Under the pieces are notes generated by a model. That model ran no database searches. It saw only the letters and a program-made list of their open reading frames with translations, and was not told the origin of the DNA. The translations under genes were made by a program, and so were the position numbers. This document shows, one piece after another, positions 38,771 to 48,127 of a DNA stretch of 56,699 nucleotides. Position 1 is the stretch's first letter; every line of letters starts with the position of its first letter. The stretch is from a virus (Duplodnaviria; Caudoviricetes). The stretch is from positions 1 to 56,699 of IMG/VR virus record IMGVR_UViG_3300046000_011464. One strand, 5' to 3'.

Positions 38771-40237
38771 TTAATCTGGTGTTACTGGACCGTCGATTGT
38801 ATTATCGGGATTATATCCTATTTGGGTTACTATATCTGTTATATCTTGATCTGTAGGTGAATCATTACCTTGATCACTTGTTCCCGTTTGACCTTGTTTA
38901 TCAATATAAAATTGTCCTTCTTTAATCAAAACTTGATCATCTGTAGCATAAGTACCTTTACCTTCATATTGAATAATACCTCTTTGATCAGCTACTATTA
39001 CTCTTCTTCTCAGTAAAGAAATACCTTCATCAACTACTTCTTCTTTTATTATATCGATCGCATACCCATTATATACTGAAGGTAATACTGCATTTCCGTA
39101 TTGCGCGGTAGGGAATAATTCATCTAATGTAGCTAAACTATTATTTAATGAATCTATTCCTCCTTGTACAGCATCTAATAATCCTGTATCTCCTGAAGTA
39201 TAACTACATTCTCTTAAATTTTTATATAAAATATTAAGACCTGTTAAAATTCTAAGAATTTCTTTTCTAATTCTACCTATTTCTAATAGTACTACTCCTG
39301 TTAAAAAACTAGATATAGTATCAACTAATTTTTCTAAATCATTAATAAAAACTGTAGCTGTAGAAAGGGTATCTGCTTGGGTATTAGTAGAAGCGTTAGT
39401 TTGTGAAATTACAGGTGATCCTCCTCCTCCTACTGCTAAGGGTACAGCTAAACGTTTTAAAACTTTCTTTATGAATTTATAAACTTTAATTAATACATTA
39501 ATAATTCTTAGAATACTATTCATAAGTTTAACTATTTTTTGTATTTGAACAATTGCTCTATCAACTGTTTGAACTTGTCTAATTAAAAATGCTACACTTT
39601 CTTTAAACCTTTGAGGTTGAATTATACCTGCTAATTTTTTATTTAATTCATCAGCATTTTTAGATATAATATTATTAGCAATATTAATTGGACTCATAAA
39701 TGGAGTTAATTTCCTTGCAAATGATCTTAATAAAGTAACTTTAGTTATAATTAATTGAGTAGGATCAGCAGCAGCTCCAACTACATCACTAGTAGCTACT
39801 AATACTAGATTTAATTGCTGAATAGTTTTTACTATACCTTCTCCACCAGGAATTATATCAACTAAATCATCAGGTGGTACTATATCTTCTAAAGCTAATC
39901 TAATTTCTTCAAGAGCTGATTGGTATGATAATAGTCTTGCTCTATATTGTTCATCGGTTTCTCCAGGTAATTTACCAGGAGTTAATTTATTTTCAATATT
40001 ATTTACAAATTGAGTTATTTTTAATCCAAATTGTAGAAGTTTACTTTCTAAAAGACCACCAGGTGGCATAGCTTTAGTTAAAATATAACCTAAAGGATTA
40101 CAAAAATCAATAGAATTTATTTCCCTTAATACAGCATTTATCCTGAACAAGACATCTAATACCTTTTCAGTACCATCGTTTATCCTTTCAGGTGCGATTT
40201 CGGTTAATATTCTAGATAAGCCAGCAGGTATTCTCAT
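38771..40237 (-). CDS. Hypothetical helical baseplate-region protein
   Basis: 488 aa with long amphipathic helices. Confidence 0.6.
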   Translation of the reverse strand: MRIPAGLSRILTEIAPERINDGTEKVLDVLFRINAVLREINSIDFCNPLGYILTKAMPPGGLLESKLLQFGLKITQFVNNIENKLTPGKLPGETDEQYRARLLSYQSALEEIRLALEDIVPPDDLVDIIPGGEGIVKTIQQLNLVLVATSDVVGAAADPTQLIITKVTLLRSFARKLTPFMSPINIANNIISKNADELNKKLAGIIQPQRFKESVAFLIRQVQTVDRAIVQIQKIVKLMNSILRIINVLIKVYKFIKKVLKRLAVPLAVGGGGSPVISQTNASTNTQADTLSTATVFINDLEKLVDTISSFLTGVVLLEIGRIRKEILRILTGLNILYKNLRECSYTSGDTGLLDAVQGGIDSLNNSLATLDELFPTAQYGNAVLPSVYNGYAIDIIKEEVVDEGISLLRRRVIVADQRGIIQYEGKGTYATDDQVLIKEGQFYIDKQGQTGTSDQGNDSPTDQDITDIVTQIGYNPDNTIDGPVTPD

Positions 40238-40665
40238 TATAATGTATAAGTTTTATCAGATTTAATACCTTTGATTTGTGTTTTAAGTCTTGTAACAGAT
40301 TTTATTAAACTGTTTCCTGCTGTTCTTATTACAGGAATACCTACTCCATTACTATCTTTAGCTTTAGAAAGTTTTTGACCTAAATTATTTAAGTCATCTA
40401 ACATATCTATTAATAGAGTTTCTAAATTATCCCCTTTAATAGCAGGTTGTGGTTTAGCTGTATCGGTTTCTAATCCTAGATAAATTTTTTTAGCATTAAC
40501 TACCATATCTCCATCGGCATCAAAGTTAATTGTACCTGCAGAAGAAAAACCAATTGCTTGTTTAGCAAATAAAAATACAGAATCATCCTTAGAGTTAAGA
40601 GTAACTCTTCCAGAATTAATTATTATTTGGTCTCCTAAATAAGGAAAATCAGGTTTATAAGCCAT
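40237..40665 (-). CDS. Probable spike/gp5 C-terminal-like protein
   Basis: Beta-repeat-like QIIINSGRVTLNSK...INFDA..MVVNAKKIYLG, then QPAIKGD. Confidence 0.5.
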   Translation of the reverse strand: MAYKPDFPYLGDQIIINSGRVTLNSKDDSVFLFAKQAIGFSSAGTINFDADGDMVVNAKKIYLGLETDTAKPQPAIKGDNLETLLIDMLDDLNNLGQKLSKAKDSNGVGIPVIRTAGNSLIKSVTRLKTQIKGIKSDKTYTL

Positions 40666-40667
40666 AT

Positions 40668-42050
40668 CTATTGTGTGAATGGGTCACTTATTAAATTTAT
40701 TTTGGTATAATTAGAATCCATATAATCTAATTTCATAACATAAGTTCCACTAGCTCCACCCATTAAAGTTACTTGTGTAGTTTGATTAGTATCTATTCCT
40801 CCATACCCTTGATATTGTAAGGGATGATCTAATACAGTTGGATATATAAATTCAGCTGTACCAATACCTCTAGGGTTAAATTCAGTTACAGTTTCTAATT
40901 TTATAACAATATATTTACCATTACTTTTTAAAATATTATAATAATTAACATCGTCACCTACCATTGAAGGTGAATCAGTATTTAATATTCTTAGAGAAGC
41001 AATTGGTATTGATTGAGTTGTACTTCCCGTTGGTTCAGGTGTACTAGAAGTTACAGCTAAACTAGCAGTAGGTACAGGTGCTATAGGAGTTACTGGAGAA
41101 GTAGGTGTAAAAGATGATGTAGCTAATAAAGAAGTTAGGGATGATGTTGAAGGTGTTATTTGAGTAATAGATTCTGTTACATAATATAATGGTTCAGGTT
41201 GTTTTAAATTATCTGCTTCTTGTGCTGATTGATTAGGGGTAGTAAATCTTGGGTCTGGTATTTGAAGTGAACTATTAAATCCTGCTCCTAATGTTACATT
41301 AAATGATTTTAAATTTTTAGAGGCATACTCTAAAGGTATATCTTGTCCTGCACATAAATAAATTGATGAACCATCATTGTTAGGATCCTCATAAACAGGT
41401 ACCCATGGATCAGGATTAATATCTAAAGTAGATTGACGGTTTCTAATTATAGTAATAGGTGAGCCAGCATCACCTTGAGTACTCCAGGGATTATTTATAA
41501 CTTTTTGTTTAGTAGTAGATGAAAAACGGATTGAATTACCCCATCTTCCTTCTAATAATACATCACCTTCTTCAGGTAATAAACTACGAATATCTTCTTT
41601 TTCAACGAATGTTTGACCAAAATTTAAATCTCCACCTCCATACGATATTATATCAGGAAAAGCATTATGATGTACACTATTCCATAACCCAACTGTAGTT
41701 AAATAATAAAAAGTTTTAGCTTGTGGATCATCATTTAATCCATATGAAGGAGCATTTAATATTAATACTAATTCCTCTAAAATAGGATATTTAGAAATAT
41801 TATTAAATAAAGGTTTAGCTATTAAGTTTGAAGGATTATCTTCATCTACTATAGTTCCTATAGGGGTAAATTTAATTGAACCTAATCCTGTCCATCCTCC
41901 TCCATCAGAAAAGAAATTATTTGTTTTAGTTTGTGGAGATAATAAAATATCATTAACACGAGCAAAGAAAAATAGACTTTTACCTCCATTTCCTTTACCC
42001 GATGCTATATTTGATATACTACCTTGTAAACTAGGATATAAACTACTCAT
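40668..42050 (-). CDS. Probable baseplate hub/spike protein (gp5 N-terminal OB-fold-like) with S/T/P linker and extra domain
   Basis: YPILEELVLI, EGDVLLEGRWGNSIRF; Pro/Ser/Thr-rich linker. Confidence 0.5.
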   Translation of the reverse strand: MSSLYPSLQGSISNIASGKGNGGKSLFFFARVNDILLSPQTKTNNFFSDGGGWTGLGSIKFTPIGTIVDEDNPSNLIAKPLFNNISKYPILEELVLILNAPSYGLNDDPQAKTFYYLTTVGLWNSVHHNAFPDIISYGGGDLNFGQTFVEKEDIRSLLPEEGDVLLEGRWGNSIRFSSTTKQKVINNPWSTQGDAGSPITIIRNRQSTLDINPDPWVPVYEDPNNDGSSIYLCAGQDIPLEYASKNLKSFNVTLGAGFNSSLQIPDPRFTTPNQSAQEADNLKQPEPLYYVTESITQITPSTSSLTSLLATSSFTPTSPVTPIAPVPTASLAVTSSTPEPTGSTTQSIPIASLRILNTDSPSMVGDDVNYYNILKSNGKYIVIKLETVTEFNPRGIGTAEFIYPTVLDHPLQYQGYGGIDTNQTTQVTLMGGASGTYVMKLDYMDSNYTKINLISDPFTQ

Positions 42051-42417
42051 TTATATTTAACTTTCTAACTGGAATTTCTTCTTCAGATTTACTATTTAAT
42101 TGTTGAATTGATTCAAATAACATTTCTTTTTCAGCATCTGAAATTAACATAGTATCTTCACCTGAAGAAGAATTCATAGCTCGTTGTACTATACCAGCCA
42201 TTTTGATTAAAAGATCATCATTTTTAACTGATACATCTAAGTAATCTTTAATTAAAGGAACTATAATAACAGCATCACCTGCTGAAGTAATAAATGGTTT
42301 TAAACTTTCTATTAATCCTCTAATTTCTTTTTCTTTCCCTGAAGAATTAGTATGTATCTCTTTAAGTAAATCAGCAAATGTTTTTTTACCAAAAAGAGTT
42401 ATGCTATTAAAATCCAT
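42043..42417 (-). CDS. Hypothetical helical protein
   Basis: 124 aa, late motif at 42431. Confidence 0.65.
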   Translation of the reverse strand: MDFNSITLFGKKTFADLLKEIHTNSSGKEKEIRGLIESLKPFITSAGDAVIIVPLIKDYLDVSVKNDDLLIKMAGIVQRAMNSSSGEDTMLISDAEKEMLFESIQQLNSKSEEEIPVRKLNINE

Positions 42418-42457
42418 AATATGTTTTTATTATAAATATAAATTTTACAAATCTTTC

Positions 42458-43258
42458 TTAATAATTTAAACTAACAAAACCATAATCTAAATATTGGTTA
42501 TGTAACCGTCTATATACTTTTTCTAACTTTTTCATCACCTTAGTTATTTGAGGAGTATCTTGATCGGTTTGTTCTCTAATATAAATGTAAATTCCTTTTT
42601 TATTAAAAATATCTAAGTTTTCTCTATGCTTAAATAGCTGCATAACTGCATCAGCAGTTTTAGCATCTTCATGTTCAGGAAAAACTTTAAATAAAAATAA
42701 ATCCATATAATGAATAAATTTATCCATAAAATAATTTTCACCCATTAATGGATCATCTAAACTTTCAGAGCTATTTACTATATTTAAAACAATGGTTTTA
42801 TCTTCATCTATAGCTTCTACTTCGGCTTTACCCTTCAATTTTTCATAATTTTTATTATTATAAAGAATTAAATAACGTTTAGCAATCGTGCCAAAATACG
42901 AGAAAGCTTTACCTTTTGATTGGTTGTATAAATGTAGTTTTTCTAGCAAGAAAGCCGTTACTTCATGTTGAAGTTCGGCTATTGTCTCTACCTCGGTATA
43001 ATAAAATTTAAACGTATGAATAATATTTTCTGTTAATTTATGAAAACCATAATCTATACGTTCATTATATATTCTATTTCGCTTGTGAGGATCAGTTTCA
43101 GCTAGATATTCAATAATAGCATCTTCTGTATCTTGAGTGAAATACATTTTTTTGGTTTTAGGTTTTCTTTTACGAACCGTTCCCTTTTTTGTATACTGTA
43201 CTTCTGTTTCTTCTTGGGGTACATGAAGAATTTTAATTTCGGAATTTAATACCTCCAT
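42458..43258 (-). CDS. Putative late-transcription sigma factor (T4 gp55-like, region 2)
   Basis: YFTQDTEDAIIEY...KLTENIIHTFKF...KLHLYNQSKGKAFSYFGTIAKRYL resembles sigma region 2. Confidence 0.6.
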   Translation of the reverse strand: MEVLNSEIKILHVPQEETEVQYTKKGTVRKRKPKTKKMYFTQDTEDAIIEYLAETDPHKRNRIYNERIDYGFHKLTENIIHTFKFYYTEVETIAELQHEVTAFLLEKLHLYNQSKGKAFSYFGTIAKRYLILYNNKNYEKLKGKAEVEAIDEDKTIVLNIVNSSESLDDPLMGENYFMDKFIHYMDLFLFKVFPEHEDAKTADAVMQLFKHRENLDIFNKKGIYIYIREQTDQDTPQITKVMKKLEKVYRRLHNQYLDYGFVSLNY

Positions 43259-43259
43259 A

Positions 43260-43538
43260 TTATTTAATAAATTTGATATAATCCGAAAGGGCTTCTTGGA
43301 TTGTTTTTAAATTAGTAAAGAAAAACCCTACTTCATCATCTGATTGAAATAATTGTTTAGAATCAATTTCTTTAATTTTTTCTTCTGAAATTTTAACTAA
43401 ATCATAGAATTCAAGAATGTATTTTTCTTGGACTGTAATTTGGTTTTCTAATTTTTCTGTTTTTTTAAGTAAGTTCCAAATAACATATCCTATAATTCCT
43501 AGAATAATTACTCCTATATTGATTAATATTAATATCAT
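43260..43538 (-). CDS. Membrane-anchored coiled-coil protein
   Basis: N-terminal hydrophobic helix, then coiled coil. Confidence 0.65.
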   Translation of the reverse strand: MILILINIGVIILGIIGYVIWNLLKKTEKLENQITVQEKYILEFYDLVKISEEKIKEIDSKQLFQSDDEVGFFFTNLKTIQEALSDYIKFIK

Positions 43539-43539
43539 A

Positions 43540-44295
43540 TTATATATTGTTTAATAGATTTGCAAATGGTGCATCTGGGTTAGATAATTTAGGTGTTTTA
43601 ACTAAAAATTTGTTAGGTACCTTAATTTCTACTTTCTTATCTTGTTTAAATTTAGGTAACCATTCCTTCTCAAATTCAATACGAGCAGCCATCATATCAG
43701 CCTGATGTAATATTAATGGTAAAGCGGTGCGTGGTTTTTGTTCGGGCATAAAGGTCATAAGGTATTTTTTATTCCCTTCATCATATAAACCATCATGTGT
43801 CTGAATGGCAACCATTTCATTAAATGAATACTGGATACCATGAGACATCAATGAAAATAATGAACGATCGGGAACAGATGCAAATGCTAATTTAGTATTA
43901 AACATATAATCTTCTCCTAATTTATCTTTTCTCCATTGATCAGTCTGGGGAATATATGCTTCATGTTGATCATCTCCCATTTTACCTAAATCATGATTTA
44001 AAGCAGAAAATACTAATTCTTCCTTAGTGTAAGTAGAAGTATCGGTTCCCATTTCTTCCCAGATATTATGTAATTTAAGGGAACAATCAATTACACGAAT
44101 AACATGATCAACATATCCTCCAGGAAAAGCATTATGGTATTCTTTTTTATGTGCCGCGGGCATCATAATAATACGTTCTTGATATTTGGAGTAAAATTCT
44201 TTTAATTGAGTACGTCTTGGTTCAGGAATATAAGCATCAATACGAGACATTAAAATATCCCAATTTCCTTTAATCTGTTCGGCGTTTAATTGCAT
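43540..44295 (-). CDS. HD-domain phosphohydrolase (YhaM-like HD core)
   Basis: YHNAFPGGYVDH, NHDLGK, THDG, LHQAD. Confidence 0.85.
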   Translation of the reverse strand: MQLNAEQIKGNWDILMSRIDAYIPEPRRTQLKEFYSKYQERIIMMPAAHKKEYHNAFPGGYVDHVIRVIDCSLKLHNIWEEMGTDTSTYTKEELVFSALNHDLGKMGDDQHEAYIPQTDQWRKDKLGEDYMFNTKLAFASVPDRSLFSLMSHGIQYSFNEMVAIQTHDGLYDEGNKKYLMTFMPEQKPRTALPLILHQADMMAARIEFEKEWLPKFKQDKKVEIKVPNKFLVKTPKLSNPDAPFANLLNNI

Positions 44296-44300
44296 AACTT

Positions 44301-44600
44301 TTATTTATTAAATGTGTTAAAAATTTCATCTATTAATCCATAGATGTTGTTATATACTTTTATATTGGGAGAAGGTAATAAAAAAGATTCGGGAAGCCAA
44401 ACGTAATTATAGGGTTCCTTCAATATTACCATAGGATATGAATCGCATTTATATAACTGTTCTATCTTATCCCCTAAATAAGAATTAGAAGAAACATCAA
44501 TGTCGGTATAGGATATATTTAAGGTATTTAACCCTTCTTTTAATTGTTTACAATGTTCACATCCCCGTAACGTAAACATTACCATTTCCCATTTTCTCAT
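44301..44600 (-). CDS. Glutaredoxin/thioredoxin-like protein
   Basis: FTLRGCEHC (CxxC) ... SYPMV cis-Pro motif. Confidence 0.8.
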   Translation of the reverse strand: MRKWEMVMFTLRGCEHCKQLKEGLNTLNISYTDIDVSSNSYLGDKIEQLYKCDSYPMVILKEPYNYVWLPESFLLPSPNIKVYNNIYGLIDEIFNTFNK

Positions 44601-44728
44601 CTTTCTATCTTATCTACTTTTTTTCTTTTCCCATACCCTAATTATACGGGAGAAATTTCTAATCTCCAAATTATTTATATGACGTTTCTATGACTCTTTA
44701 GATGCCAATATAAATATATAAAATTAAA

Positions 44729-44998
44729 TTATTTCTTAATTTCTTCTTGTGGATCATATACCTTATCGAAATCTGATAGTTTATAATTCATATCCATGAT
44801 TCTACCGTAAATTTTTGGAGATAATAAATGTTTATATTCACCAAAATTATCTTCCAAATCTAAAAGTAAATTAGAGACTTCATCTCTATCAAAATTTTCC
44901 CCTGAATTTATAATTTTTTCAATCATATTTAAAGATTGAGCAATTATAGGTTCTAATAGAGGAATTAACTGTTTGTCAAAATCAATTTCATTCTTCAT
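44729..44998 (-). CDS. Hypothetical protein
   Basis: 89-aa ORF overlapping the upstream gene end. Confidence 0.55.
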   Translation of the reverse strand: MKNEIDFDKQLIPLLEPIIAQSLNMIEKIINSGENFDRDEVSNLLLDLEDNFGEYKHLLSPKIYGRIMDMNYKLSDFDKVYDPQEEIKK

Positions 44999-45194
44999 AA
45001 TTTTCCAATTCTTTAATAAAATAATAAACCACTATAGGGTGTAGTAATATTGTAAAAATAAATTCTTTGAAAGTAAAACTTATATTTCCTTCAGAGGTTA
45101 TAGACAAATAACTAATAATTATAGAAATGATTAAGCCTACCCCTAAATACGCTCTAACCCCAATCCATATATACAATAAAATTTCAATACTCAT
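44988..45194 (-). CDS. Small membrane protein
   Basis: Likely start MSIEILL at 45194; two hydrophobic segments. Confidence 0.5.
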   Translation of the reverse strand: MSIEILLYIWIGVRAYLGVGLIISIIISYLSITSEGNISFTFKEFIFTILLHPIVVYYFIKELENYEE

Positions 45195-45816
45195 AATAAA
45201 TTCCATCAGAAGTTTTAAACATTTCACCCAAATTTTCAACGGTTTGAATAGCTTCCTCAAGAGAAATTTCAAAAAATTCCCTAGAAGACCCTTGAAATGA
45301 ACTCATCCTAACATCCTCCAAATATTGGTGTACTACATTTTCCAAAGCATAACCATTAGAAACAGGTAAAGCCCAACGCAATTGCCATTCAGAAACGGTA
45401 CCCGCACCATTAATTTGTTTAATCCTAGAAATTGGCGAAACAGCTTTACCTATTTTACACACCTCAGGATATGCCTCGTTGGTTAAAATATACACGTATT
45501 GCCCTTTAGTGGTGGAGTGGTGAAATTTAAGGGCTGACTCGGTGCTTTTCCCATACATATATGTCCAAACCAATTGTGGAGGATCTTGATGAAGTAATTC
45601 TTCTTTATATTCTATAATGAAATCGAAGGAAAGAAAATCCAGGAGTTTACCACGTGGTATTTTTTTATATTTTTGAGTTAATTCCTGGAAATTATTTCTC
45701 CAAGAAGAAAATTGTGGTAACTGATTTAAAGAAGACTGGGCACCATCGGTATGATAAAGTATAAGTTCACCGTGTGATTCCATTTTTTGTGCCTGAGAAA
45801 TATTAATTGATTTCAT
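45184..45816 (-). CDS. T5orf172/GIY-YIG-like domain protein
   Basis: YVYILTNEAYPEVCKIGK...RIKQIN...LENVVH...SREFF. Confidence 0.75.
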   Translation of the reverse strand: MKSINISQAQKMESHGELILYHTDGAQSSLNQLPQFSSWRNNFQELTQKYKKIPRGKLLDFLSFDFIIEYKEELLHQDPPQLVWTYMYGKSTESALKFHHSTTKGQYVYILTNEAYPEVCKIGKAVSPISRIKQINGAGTVSEWQLRWALPVSNGYALENVVHQYLEDVRMSSFQGSSREFFEISLEEAIQTVENLGEMFKTSDGIYYEY

Positions 45817-45827
45817 AGGGAGAAAAT

Positions 45828-46067
45828 TTAAATTATAATGGCTTTAACTACCTCAATATGTTTCCCATATTGGTGATGTTGGGGAGAAACTCTTTCATGA
45901 TTTCCATAATACCATTGAGGGTTAACATTTAGGGCAACATCTATGGTTAGAGGAGTACCCTCGGGAAATTCTATATCATCATATCCACGCTCGTAACCCT
46001 TGATAACTACTCTTAAATCTTGATCCTTGATTTGGGAAAGGATTTCTATTAGTTGTTTGACTGTCAT
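45828..46067 (-). CDS. Hypothetical protein
   Basis: MTVKQLIEILSQ...VVIKGYERGYDD. Confidence 0.6.
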   Translation of the reverse strand: MTVKQLIEILSQIKDQDLRVVIKGYERGYDDIEFPEGTPLTIDVALNVNPQWYYGNHERVSPQHHQYGKHIEVVKAIII

Positions 46068-46255
46068 AATCCTTTTTCTTTTTTATAGATTTCTAAAGAT
46101 TCTTTGTTTGAATATCTTGGTTTTGTTGTAAGCCACTCTGCAAATCCAATAGCAAAATCTTCTGCTATTAATTGAGATTCATTGCTTAAAAACTCTGAAA
46201 CCTCTTTAAATCCGTAAGCTTGGAAAAACTTTTCAAACTTTTCTTTTAGTGTCAT
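46064..46255 (-). CDS. Hypothetical protein
   Basis: ATGA-coupled ORF. Confidence 0.55.
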   Translation of the reverse strand: MTLKEKFEKFFQAYGFKEVSEFLSNESQLIAEDFAIGFAEWLTTKPRYSNKESLEIYKKEKGL

Positions 46256-46256
46256 A

Positions 46257-46484
46257 TTAATATGATTTTCTTACTCCTGTTATCATTATATATTGAAATT
46301 CTCCTTGTTCAGTGAAAAAATGCTGAATGAACTTTATTGTATAATGTTCTTCATGTTCTGGAAGTGTAATTACTTCTTTCAATCTAGGTCTTATCATTTG
46401 GGTTTCAATGTCATGTTCTACTTTACCCTGAAACATTAATATTAATCTAACTTTTATCATAACTATCTTATTTTTATTGTCCAA
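46257..46484 (-). CDS. Hypothetical protein
   Basis: Tightly packed ORF. Confidence 0.5.
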   Translation of the reverse strand: MDNKNKIVMIKVRLILMFQGKVEHDIETQMIRPRLKEVITLPEHEEHYTIKFIQHFFTEQGEFQYIMITGVRKSY

Positions 46485-46654
46485 ACTCGTTTTAATCTCA
46501 TACCACCATACTTAGGATCATACATTCCTATATACTTGTACAATGAAATGTTTGAATACTTTTTGTCTAGGGTAAATGTTTGTGGATCCCATCTATCCTC
46601 AATTAGGAAAGTATATCCTATTAACCTGCATAATTTATAATATACCTTTCTCAT
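46463..46654 (-). CDS. Hypothetical protein
   Basis: Follows an early-promoter variant at 46675. Confidence 0.5.
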   Translation of the reverse strand: MRKVYYKLCRLIGYTFLIEDRWDPQTFTLDKKYSNISLYKYIGMYDPKYGGMRLKRVWTIKIR

Positions 46655-46870
46655 ACATTTAATTTTTAATGAGGTAATATACGAAAAAGGAATTGGAAAA
46701 CCAAATAATCCCTAACTAAAAGTTAAGGATTAACATCTTCAACTAATTTATTAGTTTAAGTAGGGATATACCAAAGGTTTTCCAAAAAAATTTTTAAAAG
46801 AGGATTTTACAATTTCGTAAAGTGTGGGTGAAATGGTTATTTCGGAATTGCGATATATGAGTATATATGA

Positions 46871-47005
46871 GGGGGTGGGTGAAAGATCGTAGTCGATCTG
46901 AGAGTGGCACATTCCTTCCCCCACCCGCCACCGCCACGCGTATGGACAGCAACGCGGTGTGGGCGCACCCCTATAAGCCGCGCACGGTCGCTATCGTCCC
47001 GAGGT
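46871..47005. other. GC-rich structured non-coding element
   Basis: 84 of 130 nt are G/C (46871-47000); nested inverted repeats GGGTGGGTGAA/TTCCCCCACCC, AGATCG/CGATCT and CGCGT/ACGCG. Confidence 0.6.
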
Positions 47006-47013
47006 CAAACGAA

Positions 47014-47247
47014 TTAGTCCCACTCTTCAAATTCTTCTGCCTCGGGATCATCCTCATACATTCCTTCAGAAATATCATCACAGGCGATATCCAAGTGCGT
47101 AAGTGCGTTATCCAAGTGGATTTTTACGTTATTATCGATTTCGCTGTACAATTCATCATTATCGATATAATCCATCGTGCGTTCCAAATCCTCCAATAAT
47201 TCTTGCAGTTGGGCGCTTAATTTGGTAAGTTGTTTAAGTGTATTCAT
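47014..47247 (-). CDS. Highly acidic small protein
   Basis: 77 aa, Asp/Glu-rich. Confidence 0.55.
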   Translation of the reverse strand: MNTLKQLTKLSAQLQELLEDLERTMDYIDNDELYSEIDNNVKIHLDNALTHLDIACDDISEGMYEDDPEAEEFEEWD

Positions 47248-47283
47248 AATGTATAGTATTTTTAACCATACATATATGGGGGA

Positions 47284-47562
47284 TTACTCCCCCACACTTG
47301 TTTCTGGGATGTATGGTACTAGATTATCAAATCTAACAGTTGTTACCACTTTTTTACCTAACACAAAGGTGAATCCGGTGAAACTTACTCTATTCATTTT
47401 AATTACATTACATTCGTAATCATTAAGTACTATCTTATCATCAATTGATGAACGGGATTGTCTTGAAATGTGACCACCATCAAAGTAATAAGTTGAATCA
47501 CCTAAGTATTTTTTACCTCCAATGTAGAATGGGGTACCGTCTAAAAATTGTTCTTTTGTCAT
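47284..47562 (-). CDS. Hypothetical early protein
   Basis: Early motif at 47590 upstream. Confidence 0.6.
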   Translation of the reverse strand: MTKEQFLDGTPFYIGGKKYLGDSTYYFDGGHISRQSRSSIDDKIVLNDYECNVIKMNRVSFTGFTFVLGKKVVTTVRFDNLVPYIPETSVGE

Positions 47563-47622
47563 AACCTTTTATATTTTATTATTATACTTAAATATACGAA
47601 ATGATATCTGAGTATCCAAGTT

Positions 47623-47850
47623 TTACTGAGCGCTTCTTAAAGTGGATTGTATTACACGGTGTTCTGTGCCCCGAGCACTCCTAAGGATAGCCCACCCATC
47701 ATTGTATGATAGTAGTAAACCAACCACCATATTGGCATTACCAGTGTCTCCCCAGTATACGACTCCTATTTGAAGGGTAGGCGTTGTGGGTTGAGTGGTA
47801 ACTATGGTATTGAGCCATTTGGTATAACGTTTACTGTACACCATTTTCAA
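47623..47850 (-). CDS. Hypothetical early protein
   Basis: ORF coupled to 47831. Confidence 0.5.
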   Translation of the reverse strand: MKMVYSKRYTKWLNTIVTTQPTTPTLQIGVVYWGDTGNANMVVGLLLSYNDGWAILRSARGTEHRVIQSTLRSAQ

Positions 47851-48019
47851 ACATAATTATCTGGTTATTAACAATGGCAAACTGTTTATGCTGTACCATC
47901 TTATCATAGTATTTTTGGGTTTTACTCTGAGATAATTTACGTTGGGATCCACATGATTGACATGATAGCCAAACAAAAAATAGGGCAATTGCGATTGCGT
48001 AGGGTCTAAATGCTTTCAT
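47831..48019 (-). CDS. Putative small lipoprotein
   Basis: MKAFR + hydrophobic helix + LSC/QSC lipobox-like Cys. Confidence 0.5.
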   Translation of the reverse strand: MKAFRPYAIAIALFFVWLSCQSCGSQRKLSQSKTQKYYDKMVQHKQFAIVNNQIIMFENGVQ

Positions 48020-48127
48020 AACTTGTTGTTTTAAATGGGATTTGAGTGGGGTATTTTTGGTACCCCGTGGCTATTAACCTACCTTTACTCTATCACCTTA
48101 TTACATGTTAAATATACGAAATTGATC

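Larger units (their letters stand above)
741..44716 (-). promoter_or_regulatory. Dispersed putative late promoters, sense-strand TATTTAT(A) (TATAAATA on + strand)
   Basis: Intergenic copies at about 741, 3386, 5103, 7060, 8691, 9674, 11478, 17948, 21127, 28735, 35823, 38744, 42431 and 44709, mostly within ~45 nt of a minus-strand start codon. Confidence 0.7.

Noticed and set aside
46867-47199. 110-aa + strand ORF over the GC island
   Set aside because: Opposite strand to all other genes, overlaps the 47014 ORF antisense, and is probably open only because of high GC
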